From a candidate division FCPU426 bacterium (GTDB lineage: Bacteria > Oederibacteriota > Muellerivitia > Muellerivitales > Muellerivitaceae), in contig CAWCKJ010000011.1 in the NCBI GenBank assembly GCA_963796105.1, positions 64,001 through 128,000 of the forward strand: DNA of 64,000 nucleotides, given 5' to 3'. Each line of letters begins with the position of its first letter. The first letter of the stretch is position 1. The position numbers and the translations under genes were made by a program. The notes under the pieces are model-generated. The model saw nothing but the letters and a program-made list of their open reading frames with translations. It was not told where the DNA came from and searched no databases. Positions 19,299 through 28,711 of this stretch are shown piece after piece.

Positions 19299-19916
19299 AA
19301 AAATCGTGAAGGTTCGTGTCCCGCCTTGTGGGGCGGGCTTCTCCGCCTTCGACGCGGTCCAATCCTGGATGCTGTCGAATCCGGTTTGCCGGTAAATCGA
19401 CGCCAGGGCCGCCCGGTCGAAACCATGGTGGAAAACCCCGGTATTATCCTCATGAAAAAATCCGCCGTCCGGGTCCAAGTCCGCTAGGGCCAGAATTCCC
19501 CCCGGTTTCAACAAACCATGAAATAGCGCGATAAGGACTTTGGTGTCACTGACATGATGGATTGCCATGCTGCTGACGATGAGATGGTAGCGCTCTTCCA
19601 ATTCACCGCCTTTTTCCAGATCCAGGAACCTGGTTTTTACGTTTTTTAATCCCATTTTCACGGCCTTATCCCGGAGAATATCGAGCATACCTTGGGAACT
19701 ATCGACGCCCGTGATAGCGCGCACAAGGGGTTGGAGTTGGAGTGTAACCAGCCCCGTCCCGCACCCGAAATCCAGCACCTCCATATCCCTCGTTATGGGG
19801 ACATGGATTTTGATGGCTTCGGCCACGTCACTCGCGAGTTTGACCCGTCCCGGTTTCTCGTCCCAGGTAGCGGCCTCTTTGTTAAAATCCCTGGTTTCCA
19901 TCCCTGCCCCTTCCAT
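19272..19916 (-). pseudogene. Class I SAM-dependent methyltransferase whose C-terminus was replaced by the IS1595 insertion
   Basis: LDFGCGTG motif I; the original tail LMTGYKKGQ* lies at 18273-18302 beyond the IS. Confidence 0.8.
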
Positions 19917-20017
19917 TTTTAGGATCGTATGATCAATCCTTATTCATGCGTTTCTGACAACCCCGCCGTTCCACGCGGATTCCCGGGCATTCCCTTGCGG
20001 TTTTACGCCCGGGGTTT

Positions 20018-20371
20018 ATGATATGCGCCGGAGGGAACATGTCCAGGCCACGCTGTCCACGTCGAATCGAATGCCGCCCCGACTCGAATTATTTCAAACC
20101 CCGCGGCATTCCCATGAGCGATTTGGAGGAAATCCTTTTGGAAGCCGATGAAATGGAATCCCTGCGGCTCGCCGATTTCGAGGGCCTTTACCACGAGAAG
20201 GCCGCGAAAAAAATGGGCATCTCCCGCCCCACCTTCGGGCGCATCCTGGAGTCAGCCCGGAAGAAAGTCGCCACGGCCCTGGTCAAGGGCAACGCCCTTC
20301 ATATCCAGACGGATATGAAAACCCCGGCTCAAAAGGCGATACCTCCCAATCCAGGCCCAGCCTCGTCCTAA
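20018..20371 (+). CDS. DUF134 (UPF0251) HTH DNA-binding protein
   Basis: MSRPRCPR..FKPRG..E.LRLADFEGL..AAKKMGISRPTF. Confidence 0.9.
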   Translation: MICAGGNMSRPRCPRRIECRPDSNYFKPRGIPMSDLEEILLEADEMESLRLADFEGLYHEKAAKKMGISRPTFGRILESARKKVATALVKGNALHIQTDMKTPAQKAIPPNPGPASS

Positions 20372-20441
20372 TATTCTCAACCGCCGTTTAAATCCTTCCG
20401 AATCCTACCGGGGTTTTACCCGCATGGGTTTCCGCTACGAT

Positions 20442-20470
20442 TATTTTGAGCATATGACCATAATAGTCAA
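20442..20470 (-). promoter_or_regulatory. Palindromic operator with CATATG core overlapping a TTGACT promoter element
   Basis: tattttgagcatatgaccataatagtcaa; same motif at 27002-27029. Confidence 0.5.
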
Positions 20471-20570
20471 GGCCTATCTATCGGGCCGGTTCCCTTCCCG
20501 TTTCAATGTGATTTAGATCATCAAACTAATCAGCCTCTCGCCTTAATATTCAATCGAAGTGATTTAGTAG

Positions 20571-20586
20571 TTTAGCATATGCTAAA
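20571..20586. promoter_or_regulatory. Perfect palindrome TTTAGCATATGCTAAA, candidate ArsR operator
   Basis: TTAG-N6-CTAA just upstream of the mvhD-arsR operon; the same pattern precedes the second arsR. Confidence 0.55.
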
Positions 20587-20605
20587 TCAGTAAAGGGGTG
20601 GATGA

Positions 20606-21028
20606 ATGGCTGGCATCGCGGCAGTGGTGGACCCGGCGGATCTCAAGAGGATCGGCCAGGGAGCCCCCAAAATATTGATTTTGACGACCCTGGCGAGTTC
20701 CTATCCCGGCGCCAACGCGGTGGGCCAAGCGCGCCTTCAGTATTCGCCAAACACCTATATCTTCCGGGTCCCCGACCCAGTCCTGTTCCCCGACGATTTC
20801 TACCTGAGGTGTTTCGAGAAGGGTTTTGCCGGCATCATCGTGATGTCCAGCGGATCAGACTGCCCCTACGAAGGCGCCTACCCGCGGTTGTCGGCCCGAA
20901 TCGGCCGCGTCTATCAGCGCATGAAGGAACGTGGAATCCCGACAAACCGGCTCAAGCTCACGACCATCTGTACCGTATGCAGGGCGGCTTTTTTGAAAGA
21001 AATTTCCGAAATGGAAACGGCAATCTAG
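20606..21028 (+). CDS. MvhD/FlpD-like Fe-S subunit with atypical Cys pattern
   Basis: PKILIL..SYPGANAVGQARLQY..IFRV..F..GFAGIIV..DC.Y..G..RL fold pattern; heads an hdrA operon. Confidence 0.75.
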   Translation: MAGIAAVVDPADLKRIGQGAPKILILTTLASSYPGANAVGQARLQYSPNTYIFRVPDPVLFPDDFYLRCFEKGFAGIIVMSSGSDCPYEGAYPRLSARIGRVYQRMKERGIPTNRLKLTTICTVCRAAFLKEISEMETAI

Positions 21029-21044
21029 CAAGAGGTGACCAAAC

Positions 21045-21350
21045 ATGAATAAAAACCAGATAGACCACGCCGGGGAAGGCGCGGAAATATTGGCCTGCTT
21101 GGCCCATCCCACCCGGCTCCTGATCGTCTGCCTTCTCCTAAAGCGGGAACATTTTGTCCAGGAATTGTTGGATGAGCTGGGAAGCACCAAGGGAAATCTC
21201 TCCCAGCACTTGCGCATCCTTTCAGGGAAGGGCCTTTTACGGAAACGCAAGGAAAACAACCGTGTTTATTACGGAATTCAGGACGTCCGGGTCCGGCACC
21301 TGGTCGTACTGTTGAAGAAACTTTATTGCCCGGGTCTGAAGACTCATTAA
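21045..21350 (+). CDS. ArsR/SmtB regulator, BigR/SqrR-like
   Basis: LAHPTRLLI..SQHLRIL..VYY; C-terminal LYC. Confidence 0.88.
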   Translation: MNKNQIDHAGEGAEILACLAHPTRLLIVCLLLKREHFVQELLDELGSTKGNLSQHLRILSGKGLLRKRKENNRVYYGIQDVRVRHLVVLLKKLYCPGLKTH

Positions 21351-21375
21351 CTAAAAAATTAAGAGGAGGCTCATC

Positions 21376-21624
21376 ATGACGGACCTTTCCAATATCACAT
21401 CGGACAAGCAGGTGGACGCGCGATCCATGGCCTGCCCAGGTCCCCTGCTGGAGGCCAAGAAGGCCATCGGCACCGTGCCGGTTGGAAAAATCCTTGAAAT
21501 CATGTCCGGCGACAAGGGCAGCCGGGAGGATATCCCCGCCTGGTGCACCAAGATGGGGCACGAATACCTCGGATTCAAGGAAAAGGACGGTTACGACAGC
21601 CTGTACTTGGTGCGGAAGAAATAA
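21376..21624 (+). CDS. tusA: TusA family sulfur carrier
   Basis: DARSMACPGP motif; DIPAWC. Confidence 0.9.
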   Translation: MTDLSNITSDKQVDARSMACPGPLLEAKKAIGTVPVGKILEIMSGDKGSREDIPAWCTKMGHEYLGFKEKDGYDSLYLVRKK

Positions 21625-21642
21625 GAAGGGTCGGGGGTTCGT

Positions 21643-22950
21643 ATGCAAAGGGTATCGGAAGCAAATACCGTTAAATGTGATGTATTGGTGGTGGGTGGCG
21701 GAATCGCCGGCTTGCAGGCCGCCTTGGACGTGGCCGACCAGGGGAAGAAAGTCCTTTTGATCGAGAAACAGCCCAGCATCGGCGGGCGCATGATCAACTT
21801 GAGCAAGGTTTTCCCCACCCTGGATTGCGCCAGCTGTATCACCACCCCCCGCATGGCCTCGGTGGCCCACCACCCCAACATCACGACCCGGACCTATACC
21901 GAAATTAAAGACCTGCGCCAGGACGGCCCTTCGTTTAAAGGCGTCCTAAAACAAAAGGCGCGCTTCGTCCATGAGGATGCCTGCATCGGGTGCAGGCGTT
22001 GCGAGGAAGTTTGCCCGGTCCTGGTTCCCGACGAGTATGAGCACGGCCTGGGGGCCCGAAAGGCCATCCGCATTCCCTTTACCAACGCCATTCCCCAATA
22101 CGCCGTGCTGGACATGGAAAACTGCATCCTTTGCGGCGCCTGTGCCAGGGCCTGCCCCACGGACTGCATTGATTTTCTGCATAAGGACCAGGAGACCTTG
22201 GTGGAGGCCGGAGCCGTCATCCTGGCCACGGGCCATCAATTGACGCCCATGGACGGCAAACCCCAGTACGGTAAGGCGCTGTTGCCCAACGTGATTTCCC
22301 CCATGCAAGCCGAAAGGCTCCTGGCACCCCACGGCCCCTACGGCCGGGTTTTGCGCCCCTCCGACGGCAAGATCCCCGACAGCATCGCCTATGTGCAATG
22401 CGCTGGAAGCCGGGACCAGAGCCTGGGGGTGCCCTATTGTTCCCGAGTCTGCTGTATGTACGCCGTCAAGCAGGCCATGCTTCTTTCCGGTTCACTCCCC
22501 ACCGCCGACATCACCATCTACTACATGGACATCCGGGCCTTCGGAAAGGGTTACGAGCAGTTCGTAACCAGCGCACGATCCATGGGCATCAACTTCGTGA
22601 AGGCAAAGGTCGCCCGAATCACCGAGGACGCCGAAAACAACCCGATCATTCGCATCGAGCGGCAGGAAGCCAATTCCCTGCCCGAGGAAGTGAAACACGA
22701 TCTGGTGGTTCTCTCCCTGGGAATGCTTCCCGGGGCGGACCCCGTCCTGGAGAATTTCGCGGGTGTGAACTGCGCCCCAGACGGTTTCCTGGAAAGCCCC
22801 CAGTCCAAATTGGCCCCAACCCGGACAACCACCCCGGGCGTATTCGCGGCAGGCACTGCGATCGGCCCCAAGGATATCGTGGACTCCATCGTGGACGCGG
22901 GTTCCGCCGCCACTGAAGCCCTGAAATACCTTCACCAGCAAAAATACTGA
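21643..22950 (+). CDS. hdrA: Heterodisulfide reductase subunit A-like flavoprotein (QmoA-like)
   Basis: GGGIAG, KVFPTLDCASCI, 2x[4Fe-4S] insert, QCAGSRD..YCSRVCC, DIRAFGKGYE, GPKDI. Confidence 0.9.
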   Translation: MQRVSEANTVKCDVLVVGGGIAGLQAALDVADQGKKVLLIEKQPSIGGRMINLSKVFPTLDCASCITTPRMASVAHHPNITTRTYTEIKDLRQDGPSFKGVLKQKARFVHEDACIGCRRCEEVCPVLVPDEYEHGLGARKAIRIPFTNAIPQYAVLDMENCILCGACARACPTDCIDFLHKDQETLVEAGAVILATGHQLTPMDGKPQYGKALLPNVISPMQAERLLAPHGPYGRVLRPSDGKIPDSIAYVQCAGSRDQSLGVPYCSRVCCMYAVKQAMLLSGSLPTADITIYYMDIRAFGKGYEQFVTSARSMGINFVKAKVARITEDAENNPIIRIERQEANSLPEEVKHDLVVLSLGMLPGADPVLENFAGVNCAPDGFLESPQSKLAPTRTTTPGVFAAGTAIGPKDIVDSIVDAGSAATEALKYLHQQKY

Positions 22951-22957
22951 GGACATC

Positions 22958-24763
22958 ATGGAAGACCAAAAACATACGGATCACTCCAATTTAGGCGAAT
23001 CCACCGAGGATGTGCGGGTAGGCGTCTATGTCTGCCATTGCGGCGGTAATATCAGCGACGTGGTGGACGTCAAAGCCTTGTCCACACTGGCGGCCGAATA
23101 CCCTTACGTGGCCTTGGCCAAGGAATATCCCTTCATGTGCTCCGACCCGGGCCAAGCCTTGATCCTGGAGGATATCCAAGCCAACCGGATCAACCGGGTA
23201 GTCGTGGCCGCCTGCTCCCCGGCCCTGCACGAAACCACCTTCCGCCGTGCCCTTCAAAGGGGCGGCCTGAATCCGTACCTCTACGAGCACGTCAACATCC
23301 GGGAGCAGGTAAGCTGGGTTCATAAGGACAACCAGACCGCCGCCACGGGAAAAGCATTGGCCCTCATCCGGGCGGGTGTCAAAAAGATAGCCCGTCAGGA
23401 TCCCCTGCAGGCCCTGCGCGTCAACGCCGAGCATCGTGTGGCGGTCATCGGCGGGGGCGCGGCTGGCCTCACCGCCGCCTTGTCCCTGGCCGGTATGGGC
23501 CTTCCCGTGGACCTCTTTGAGAAGGGAAAAACCCTGGGGGGGCGCCTTTTGGAAATGGGGCGGGTCTTCCCCACTGAGGAAGAATCCGCCAGCCTGGCAC
23601 GCACTTTGGCCGAGGCCGTAACCACAAACACCGATATCAGGGTGCACCTGGGGTGCGAAATCAAATCCGTGGAAGGCTTTGTAAGCAATTTCAATGTTCA
23701 CGCCTTGGAAGAGGGCAAACCCTTGAAGATCCGGGCCGGAGCGCTGGTTTTGGCCACCGGATTCGACCCGTACCAGCCCGTTCCGGGCGAATTTGGTTTC
23801 GGTTCATCGCCACGGGTCGTCACCCTTCCGGAATTCCAAAAAGACTTGGCCTCATGCCCCCAAGGTATGGTCCTGAAATGGAAGGACCGGGAGATCAGGA
23901 ACCTGGCCTTCATCCACTGCGTTGGAAGCCGGCAGGTGGAGGGCATCCATCCTCCCCAGGCTGACGGGAAGGTGAATGATTATTGTTCCCGGGTATGCTG
24001 TACAGCGACCCTGCACGCCGCGAACCAGGTGATGGACCGTTTTCCCCAAACCCAGGTTTATGACTGCTACAAGGATATCCGCACCTATGGCAGGGGCCAT
24101 GAGGCCTATTACGAACAGGCGTCCAAAAAAGGCGCCCTTTTTTTCCGCTACACCGACGAGTCCCTGCCTGAATACATTGAGGACGGAAACCGGGCCCGCT
24201 TGAAAATCCGTGATGTGCTGACCTGGAACCAGGAAGTCGAAATTCCCGTGGATCTTTTGGTCCTTTCAACCGGCATCGTCCCCCGGGACATCAAAGGCTT
24301 GGTGGAAAGCCTGAAACTTCCGGTCGGTTCAGACCGTTTTTTGCAGGAAGCCCATCCCAAATTGAGGCCTGTGGAAGTGCCCAACAACGGCATCTTCCTC
24401 GCCGGAACTTGCCAGGCTCCCATGACGCTGGACGAAAGCTGCGCTGCGGCCGGCGCGGCGGCGTCCAAAGCCGCCCAACTTCTTTCCCAGGCCGAGATCA
24501 GCCTGGACCCCTTCGTGGTTGAACTACAAGAGGAACTTTGCGACGGCTGCGGCCATTGCCTGGCGGAATGCTCCTATACCGGGGCTCTCAGCCTGGTTCC
24601 TCAAGACGGGGCCGCTCCGAACAGCCAGATCGTCGCCGTGAACCCCGCCCTATGCAAAGGTTGCGGGGCCTGCGTGGCGGTCTGCCAGCCCAGGGCTCTC
24701 AACATCGCCGGATGGCGTCTGGACCAGTTTGAGGCCATGGCCGACGCCATTGCCGCTTCTTAA
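22958..24763 (+). CDS. hdrA: Second HdrA-like flavoprotein (QmoB-like, without fused MvhD)
   Basis: VGVYVCHCGGNI, FMCS, VAACSP, HCVGSR..YCSRVCC, EAHPKLRP, C-terminal ferredoxin CDGCGHC/CKGCGAC. Confidence 0.9.
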   Translation: MEDQKHTDHSNLGESTEDVRVGVYVCHCGGNISDVVDVKALSTLAAEYPYVALAKEYPFMCSDPGQALILEDIQANRINRVVVAACSPALHETTFRRALQRGGLNPYLYEHVNIREQVSWVHKDNQTAATGKALALIRAGVKKIARQDPLQALRVNAEHRVAVIGGGAAGLTAALSLAGMGLPVDLFEKGKTLGGRLLEMGRVFPTEEESASLARTLAEAVTTNTDIRVHLGCEIKSVEGFVSNFNVHALEEGKPLKIRAGALVLATGFDPYQPVPGEFGFGSSPRVVTLPEFQKDLASCPQGMVLKWKDREIRNLAFIHCVGSRQVEGIHPPQADGKVNDYCSRVCCTATLHAANQVMDRFPQTQVYDCYKDIRTYGRGHEAYYEQASKKGALFFRYTDESLPEYIEDGNRARLKIRDVLTWNQEVEIPVDLLVLSTGIVPRDIKGLVESLKLPVGSDRFLQEAHPKLRPVEVPNNGIFLAGTCQAPMTLDESCAAAGAAASKAAQLLSQAEISLDPFVVELQEELCDGCGHCLAECSYTGALSLVPQDGAAPNSQIVAVNPALCKGCGACVAVCQPRALNIAGWRLDQFEAMADAIAAS

Positions 24764-24774
24764 AGGAAACGAAT

Positions 24775-25071
24775 ATGACCGAAAAAAACTTCACGCAAAT
24801 CAAGGAACAGCTCAAGTCCGTCCGGGAACATCGGGGTCCATCTTCCCCGGCCCTGCTGAATGAGGTCAAGGACCAGGCTAAAACTCAAAAGGCCGTGCTC
24901 AACGCCCTGGGGCAAGGCCCCTTGACTGTTCCTGAATTAGCCCAGACCATTGGCATTGGCACCCGGAAGCTTCTTTGGTATATCGCGGCTTTACGCAAGT
25001 ACGGCAAGGTCGCGGACGGTCCCAAGCGCGGAGCCTACCCAAGTTACATCCAGCATAAGGACAAGCCATGA
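24775..25071 (+). CDS. Small winged-helix-like protein in the hdr operon
   Basis: ALGQGPLTVPELAQ..LLWYIAALRKYG; overlaps the next start. Confidence 0.7.
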   Translation: MTEKNFTQIKEQLKSVREHRGPSSPALLNEVKDQAKTQKAVLNALGQGPLTVPELAQTIGIGTRKLLWYIAALRKYGKVADGPKRGAYPSYIQHKDKP

Positions 25072-26198
25072 GCATTTCCGTCAACCCAAACCTCATTAAA
25101 GATATCCGGTTCTATGGCGCTTTCGACATTTCCGCCTGTTTCAACTGCGGCAATTGCAGCGCTGTCTGTCCCCTTTCCGATGAGAAATCCTCTTTCCCCC
25201 GCAAGATGATCCGGCTGGGGCAATTGGGGGCGAAAGCGGAACTGCTATCAAAACAGGAAATGTGGCTTTGCTACAACTGCGGGGAATGCACCCAAACCTG
25301 CCCGCGCCAGGCAGGACCCGGGGAATACATGGCCGCGCTCAGGCGCTGGGCCGTGGCTCGTTACGAGCCAACCGGCCTGGCCGCCTGGATGTACAAAAGT
25401 CAGGCACTGGGTTTGGCGGTTACAGCGATTCTGGCGTTGTTACTGGGGACTTTTTTGCTGACGAGTAAACCCCACCACGAATTCCCGGACTGGATATTCA
25501 AATTGGTTCCTTACGACTCCATTCACTTCCTGGGCATGGGCATATTCGGTCTGTTGGGTCTTTCCATGATTGTGTCACTGGTGCGTTTTGGTTCCAACGC
25601 CTTGAAAGGCCAGCAGGATTTTTGGAAACGGCCCCTGAAGGAATATTTTTCCGCCGGAAAAGCCACGGTTCTCGAAATCTTGACCATGAACCGCCAGAAA
25701 CCGGCCGCGAACGAAACCCATGGATGGACATCGCCCTGGGCCGTTCACCTGGCCATCATGGGAGGATTCTTCGGCCTTCTGGGCGCCACCACTTCGGATT
25801 TTCTTTTCATCTATATTTTGGGAACCAAGCTCTATTGGCCCGCCAGGATTCTAGGTACCTTTTCGGGCCTGGCCCTGCTCTATGGGGTATCTTTCGCGAT
25901 CTGGCGCCGTTGGAAAGCCGAGGACGCCGCCGTGAAACACAGCCAGATGTCCGACTGGTGGCTGCTGATTTTTCTTTGGATCCTGGGAGTGACGGGCTTT
26001 TGGCTGGAGGCTGCCGTGGGTTTCCACTGGACCGCCTCCGTGCATTCATGGGTATTGTTGATCCATACGGTCATGGCCATGGAACTGGTCCTATTGGCCG
26101 GCATGACCAAACTGGCCCATGTCTTTTACAGGCCCCTGGCCCTCTATCTTCATTTTCTACCGGGCGGAACAGGAACCACCAAGCCATGCGGCGAGTAA
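25068..26198 (+). CDS. QmoC-like protein: HdrC-type 2x[4Fe-4S] domain fused to a multi-TM, possibly heme b, membrane domain
   Basis: CFNCGNCSAVCP, WLCYNCGECTQTCP, several TM helices with His, TKLAHVFYRP. Confidence 0.85.
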   Translation: MSISVNPNLIKDIRFYGAFDISACFNCGNCSAVCPLSDEKSSFPRKMIRLGQLGAKAELLSKQEMWLCYNCGECTQTCPRQAGPGEYMAALRRWAVARYEPTGLAAWMYKSQALGLAVTAILALLLGTFLLTSKPHHEFPDWIFKLVPYDSIHFLGMGIFGLLGLSMIVSLVRFGSNALKGQQDFWKRPLKEYFSAGKATVLEILTMNRQKPAANETHGWTSPWAVHLAIMGGFFGLLGATTSDFLFIYILGTKLYWPARILGTFSGLALLYGVSFAIWRRWKAEDAAVKHSQMSDWWLLIFLWILGVTGFWLEAAVGFHWTASVHSWVLLIHTVMAMELVLLAGMTKLAHVFYRPLALYLHFLPGGTGTTKPCGE

Positions 26199-26372
26199 GC
26201 GCGAAGGGTCCGAAGACGGCATGGGTCGCCCCCCGGAATAATATGCCTTTTTTTCACCACCCGGATTGCCTGGGTTGCCGGGGCGAGGATGAAATTTGCT
26301 GCCAATTAATTGGGTTGTCCGATCACGATGTGAAACATTTGTTCAAGAAACAATTAAAAAAAGGAGTCCGCC

Positions 26373-26933
26373 ATGCCCGAACCGAACCTGAAGGAAATCG
26401 CCGAAAAAGTTCACTCCCTCGAATCGGAGGTCGCACAACTCAAGGCAAACGCGCCTGAGGACAAGCTTTCCATGGTGGTCATGAGCGGAGACCTGGACAA
26501 GTTATTGGCCTCCTTCATCATCGCCACTGGCGCCAGCGCCATGTTCGAAAAGGTCACCATGTTCTTCACCTTCTGGGCCACCGCGGCCCTGCGCGATCCC
26601 AAGAAGTCCATAGGCGGCAAGGATTTCATGGCCACAATGTTCGGCCATATGCTTCCCAAGGGCAGTCCAAACCTGGCGCTATCCAAGATGCACATGATGG
26701 GCATGGGCACCGCCATGATGAAAAGCTTGATGAAGAAGAAAAACGTTTTGTCCCTGGAGGAATTAATCCAGAAGGCTGGTGAGAACGGCGTTGAAATTTA
26801 CGTCTGCGAGATGAGCATGGATCTCATGGGGATGAAGATGGAGGAGATGATTGACTATCCGGGCATGAAACCCGCCGGCGTAGCCAAGTTCCTGCAGCAA
26901 GCCGGAACTAGCAAAGCGACAATTTTCATCTGA
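26373..26933 (+). CDS. DsrE/DsrF/DrsH-like (DsrE2) sulfur-transfer protein
   Basis: SGDLDKLLA..MFFTFWA..CEMSMDLMG..GVAKFL. Confidence 0.9.
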   Translation: MPEPNLKEIAEKVHSLESEVAQLKANAPEDKLSMVVMSGDLDKLLASFIIATGASAMFEKVTMFFTFWATAALRDPKKSIGGKDFMATMFGHMLPKGSPNLALSKMHMMGMGTAMMKSLMKKKNVLSLEELIQKAGENGVEIYVCEMSMDLMGMKMEEMIDYPGMKPAGVAKFLQQAGTSKATIFI

Positions 26934-27001
26934 GAAACCAGCGGCAAGAAAATCCGCGAACTCCGGAAACCGCCCTACGCATTTCGATCCTCATTTTCCC
27001 C

Positions 27002-27029
27002 TTGACCATTATGAACATATGCTCATAAT
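27002..27029 (+). promoter_or_regulatory. Promoter (TTGACC...CATAAT) with overlapping palindrome ATTATGAACATATGCTCATAAT
   Basis: Near-perfect 22-bp palindrome upstream of the NifB/NifX gene. Confidence 0.6.
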
Positions 27030-27066
27030 AGACAGTGTCACTTTTTTTATCCAAGGAGCAAACCTC

Positions 27067-27441
27067 ATGAAACTCTGCATACCAGTCCAAGAAAACAATG
27101 GGCTTAAAAGCGAAATCAGCCGTCATTTTGGCTCGGCTAACCAATTCTTGATTGTTGATACCGATAGCGGTAATTGCCGTTCGCTCCCCAACCAAGTCCA
27201 CGAGCACGGGGAATGCCGGCCCGTCCAAACGCTATCCGGAGAAACAGTCGACGGCGTCGTAGTGGGGGGCATTGGAAAGGGAGCCCTTCATAAACTCCAA
27301 GCCGCCGGAATCCAGGTATTTTTATCCGAACACCGCACGGTAGAAGAAGTCCTCATGGGATATAAATCAAACAGCCTCCAGGCCGCGACCACGGCGGAAT
27401 GCTGCGGAGGACACGGTTCCGGGCATAATTGTTCATCCTGA
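27067..27441 (+). CDS. NifB/NifX family Fe-Mo cofactor-binding-like protein
   Basis: ISRHFGSA, VVGGIG, His/Cys-rich tail; start MKLCIP after AGGAG. Confidence 0.88.
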   Translation: MKLCIPVQENNGLKSEISRHFGSANQFLIVDTDSGNCRSLPNQVHEHGECRPVQTLSGETVDGVVVGGIGKGALHKLQAAGIQVFLSEHRTVEEVLMGYKSNSLQAATTAECCGGHGSGHNCSS

Positions 27442-27536
27442 TAGGCCATTTCAGGTAGATTATTTCGGGTGTCGTTCTTTTCCTAGAAACTATCGCTTCT
27501 GTTGGTGGATAAATCAAATAAGGGAGGGAATATACT

Positions 27537-27749
27537 TTGGCTGAAACACAATTGAATGTTACGGGTATGACCTGCAACCATTGCGTCCAAACCGTCCAGA
27601 AAACCTTGGCTTCCCTTTCGGGCGTACAAAAGGTTGATGTTCAATTAGTCCCTCCAAAAGCAATTATTACCCACGAGAACATTTTCGATCTTGAAGCAGC
27701 AATCAAGGCGATTGAGAAGGAAGGCTACAAAGCCATCATTTATTCATAA
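27537..27749 (+). CDS. Heavy-metal-associated (CopZ-like) chaperone
   Basis: GMTCNHC motif; IEKEGY. Confidence 0.88.
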   Translation: MAETQLNVTGMTCNHCVQTVQKTLASLSGVQKVDVQLVPPKAIITHENIFDLEAAIKAIEKEGYKAIIYS

Positions 27750-27833
27750 ATTTTAAATCTGAGTTTTAAGGCAGCCAAAGACTTCGAATGGAGTGTATTT
27801 TCAAACATTTAACAAAAGTTGATCGGGAATCCA

Positions 27834-28649
27834 ATGGTTGAATCCCTGGATGATTCCAAATACGCCAAAGGCACGGGCCTTTTCTCTGTTTATGAGAACG
27901 TCTCATTCCCGGAGAATGTGAAAAAACGCTGTTCAGCCCTGCTGGAATTCGGCAACGAAACCATCCTGAAAAATGATTTCATCATCCTGGATTTCGTCCC
28001 CTATCCCGGCCTCGGGAACGTTGGAGCGGGGGATGTGTTGAAATATTCCTGGATCCTTTCAGAATCCCACCGGGTCCTGATTTACGACCCCGCAACTAAA
28101 AAGTTGATCGACGAACTCTACACCTGCAGTCCCGAAAAGGATGGAAAGCTGATGTTCGAGAGAAGCAACCAAATCATTGGGAAACCGGTGAAAACCGTCA
28201 GCTTGAGAGAAATCGTCAGCAAGGAAATGGCCCGCCAGGAGCAACCCGAAAAGTTGTTCCATTCGGTCCAGGACGCGTCCAAAAAGTTCCGTTTGGCGCC
28301 TAAAAAGAATTATTGCGTATCCACGGTGTTTTTCGACATTTCGGACCGCCGATTGGACGAGGACAGCCTGGAAGTCATGCTGACGAAGGCGTTGAATAAA
28401 GGCGACCAGAAACCGGTGATCGAATCCGCATGCCGCTACGATCCCCAGGGCTATACCTACATCCACCAGTCCCCCAAGCACTTCGCGGGCCTTCACAGCT
28501 ATCCCGGCACCTTGAAATCCGCCCATTTAAGCCTGATCGGCCCCGGTGAGGCGGTGTTACCGGTTCTGGAAGATATGGAAGAAGTTGTTTACAAGCGCAG
28601 GAAAGCCGAACCTACCATCAGCATCAAGATCGTAGCCGAAGGTTTTTAG
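27834..28649 (+). CDS. Hypothetical protein
   Basis: Long ORF with host-like codon usage; no motif recognised. Confidence 0.65.
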   Translation: MVESLDDSKYAKGTGLFSVYENVSFPENVKKRCSALLEFGNETILKNDFIILDFVPYPGLGNVGAGDVLKYSWILSESHRVLIYDPATKKLIDELYTCSPEKDGKLMFERSNQIIGKPVKTVSLREIVSKEMARQEQPEKLFHSVQDASKKFRLAPKKNYCVSTVFFDISDRRLDEDSLEVMLTKALNKGDQKPVIESACRYDPQGYTYIHQSPKHFAGLHSYPGTLKSAHLSLIGPGEAVLPVLEDMEEVVYKRRKAEPTISIKIVAEGF

Positions 28650-28711
28650 GTTTTTCTTTCTTCCCGGTAAAGTTCGGGATTAAAAAACCAACCGTCTGAA
28701 GGAAAGCCGCA

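Noticed and set aside
26243..26372. Small Cys-rich ORF between the qmoC-like gene and dsrE2
   Set aside because: No RBS, and the frame runs on to overlap dsrE2 by more than 80 nt
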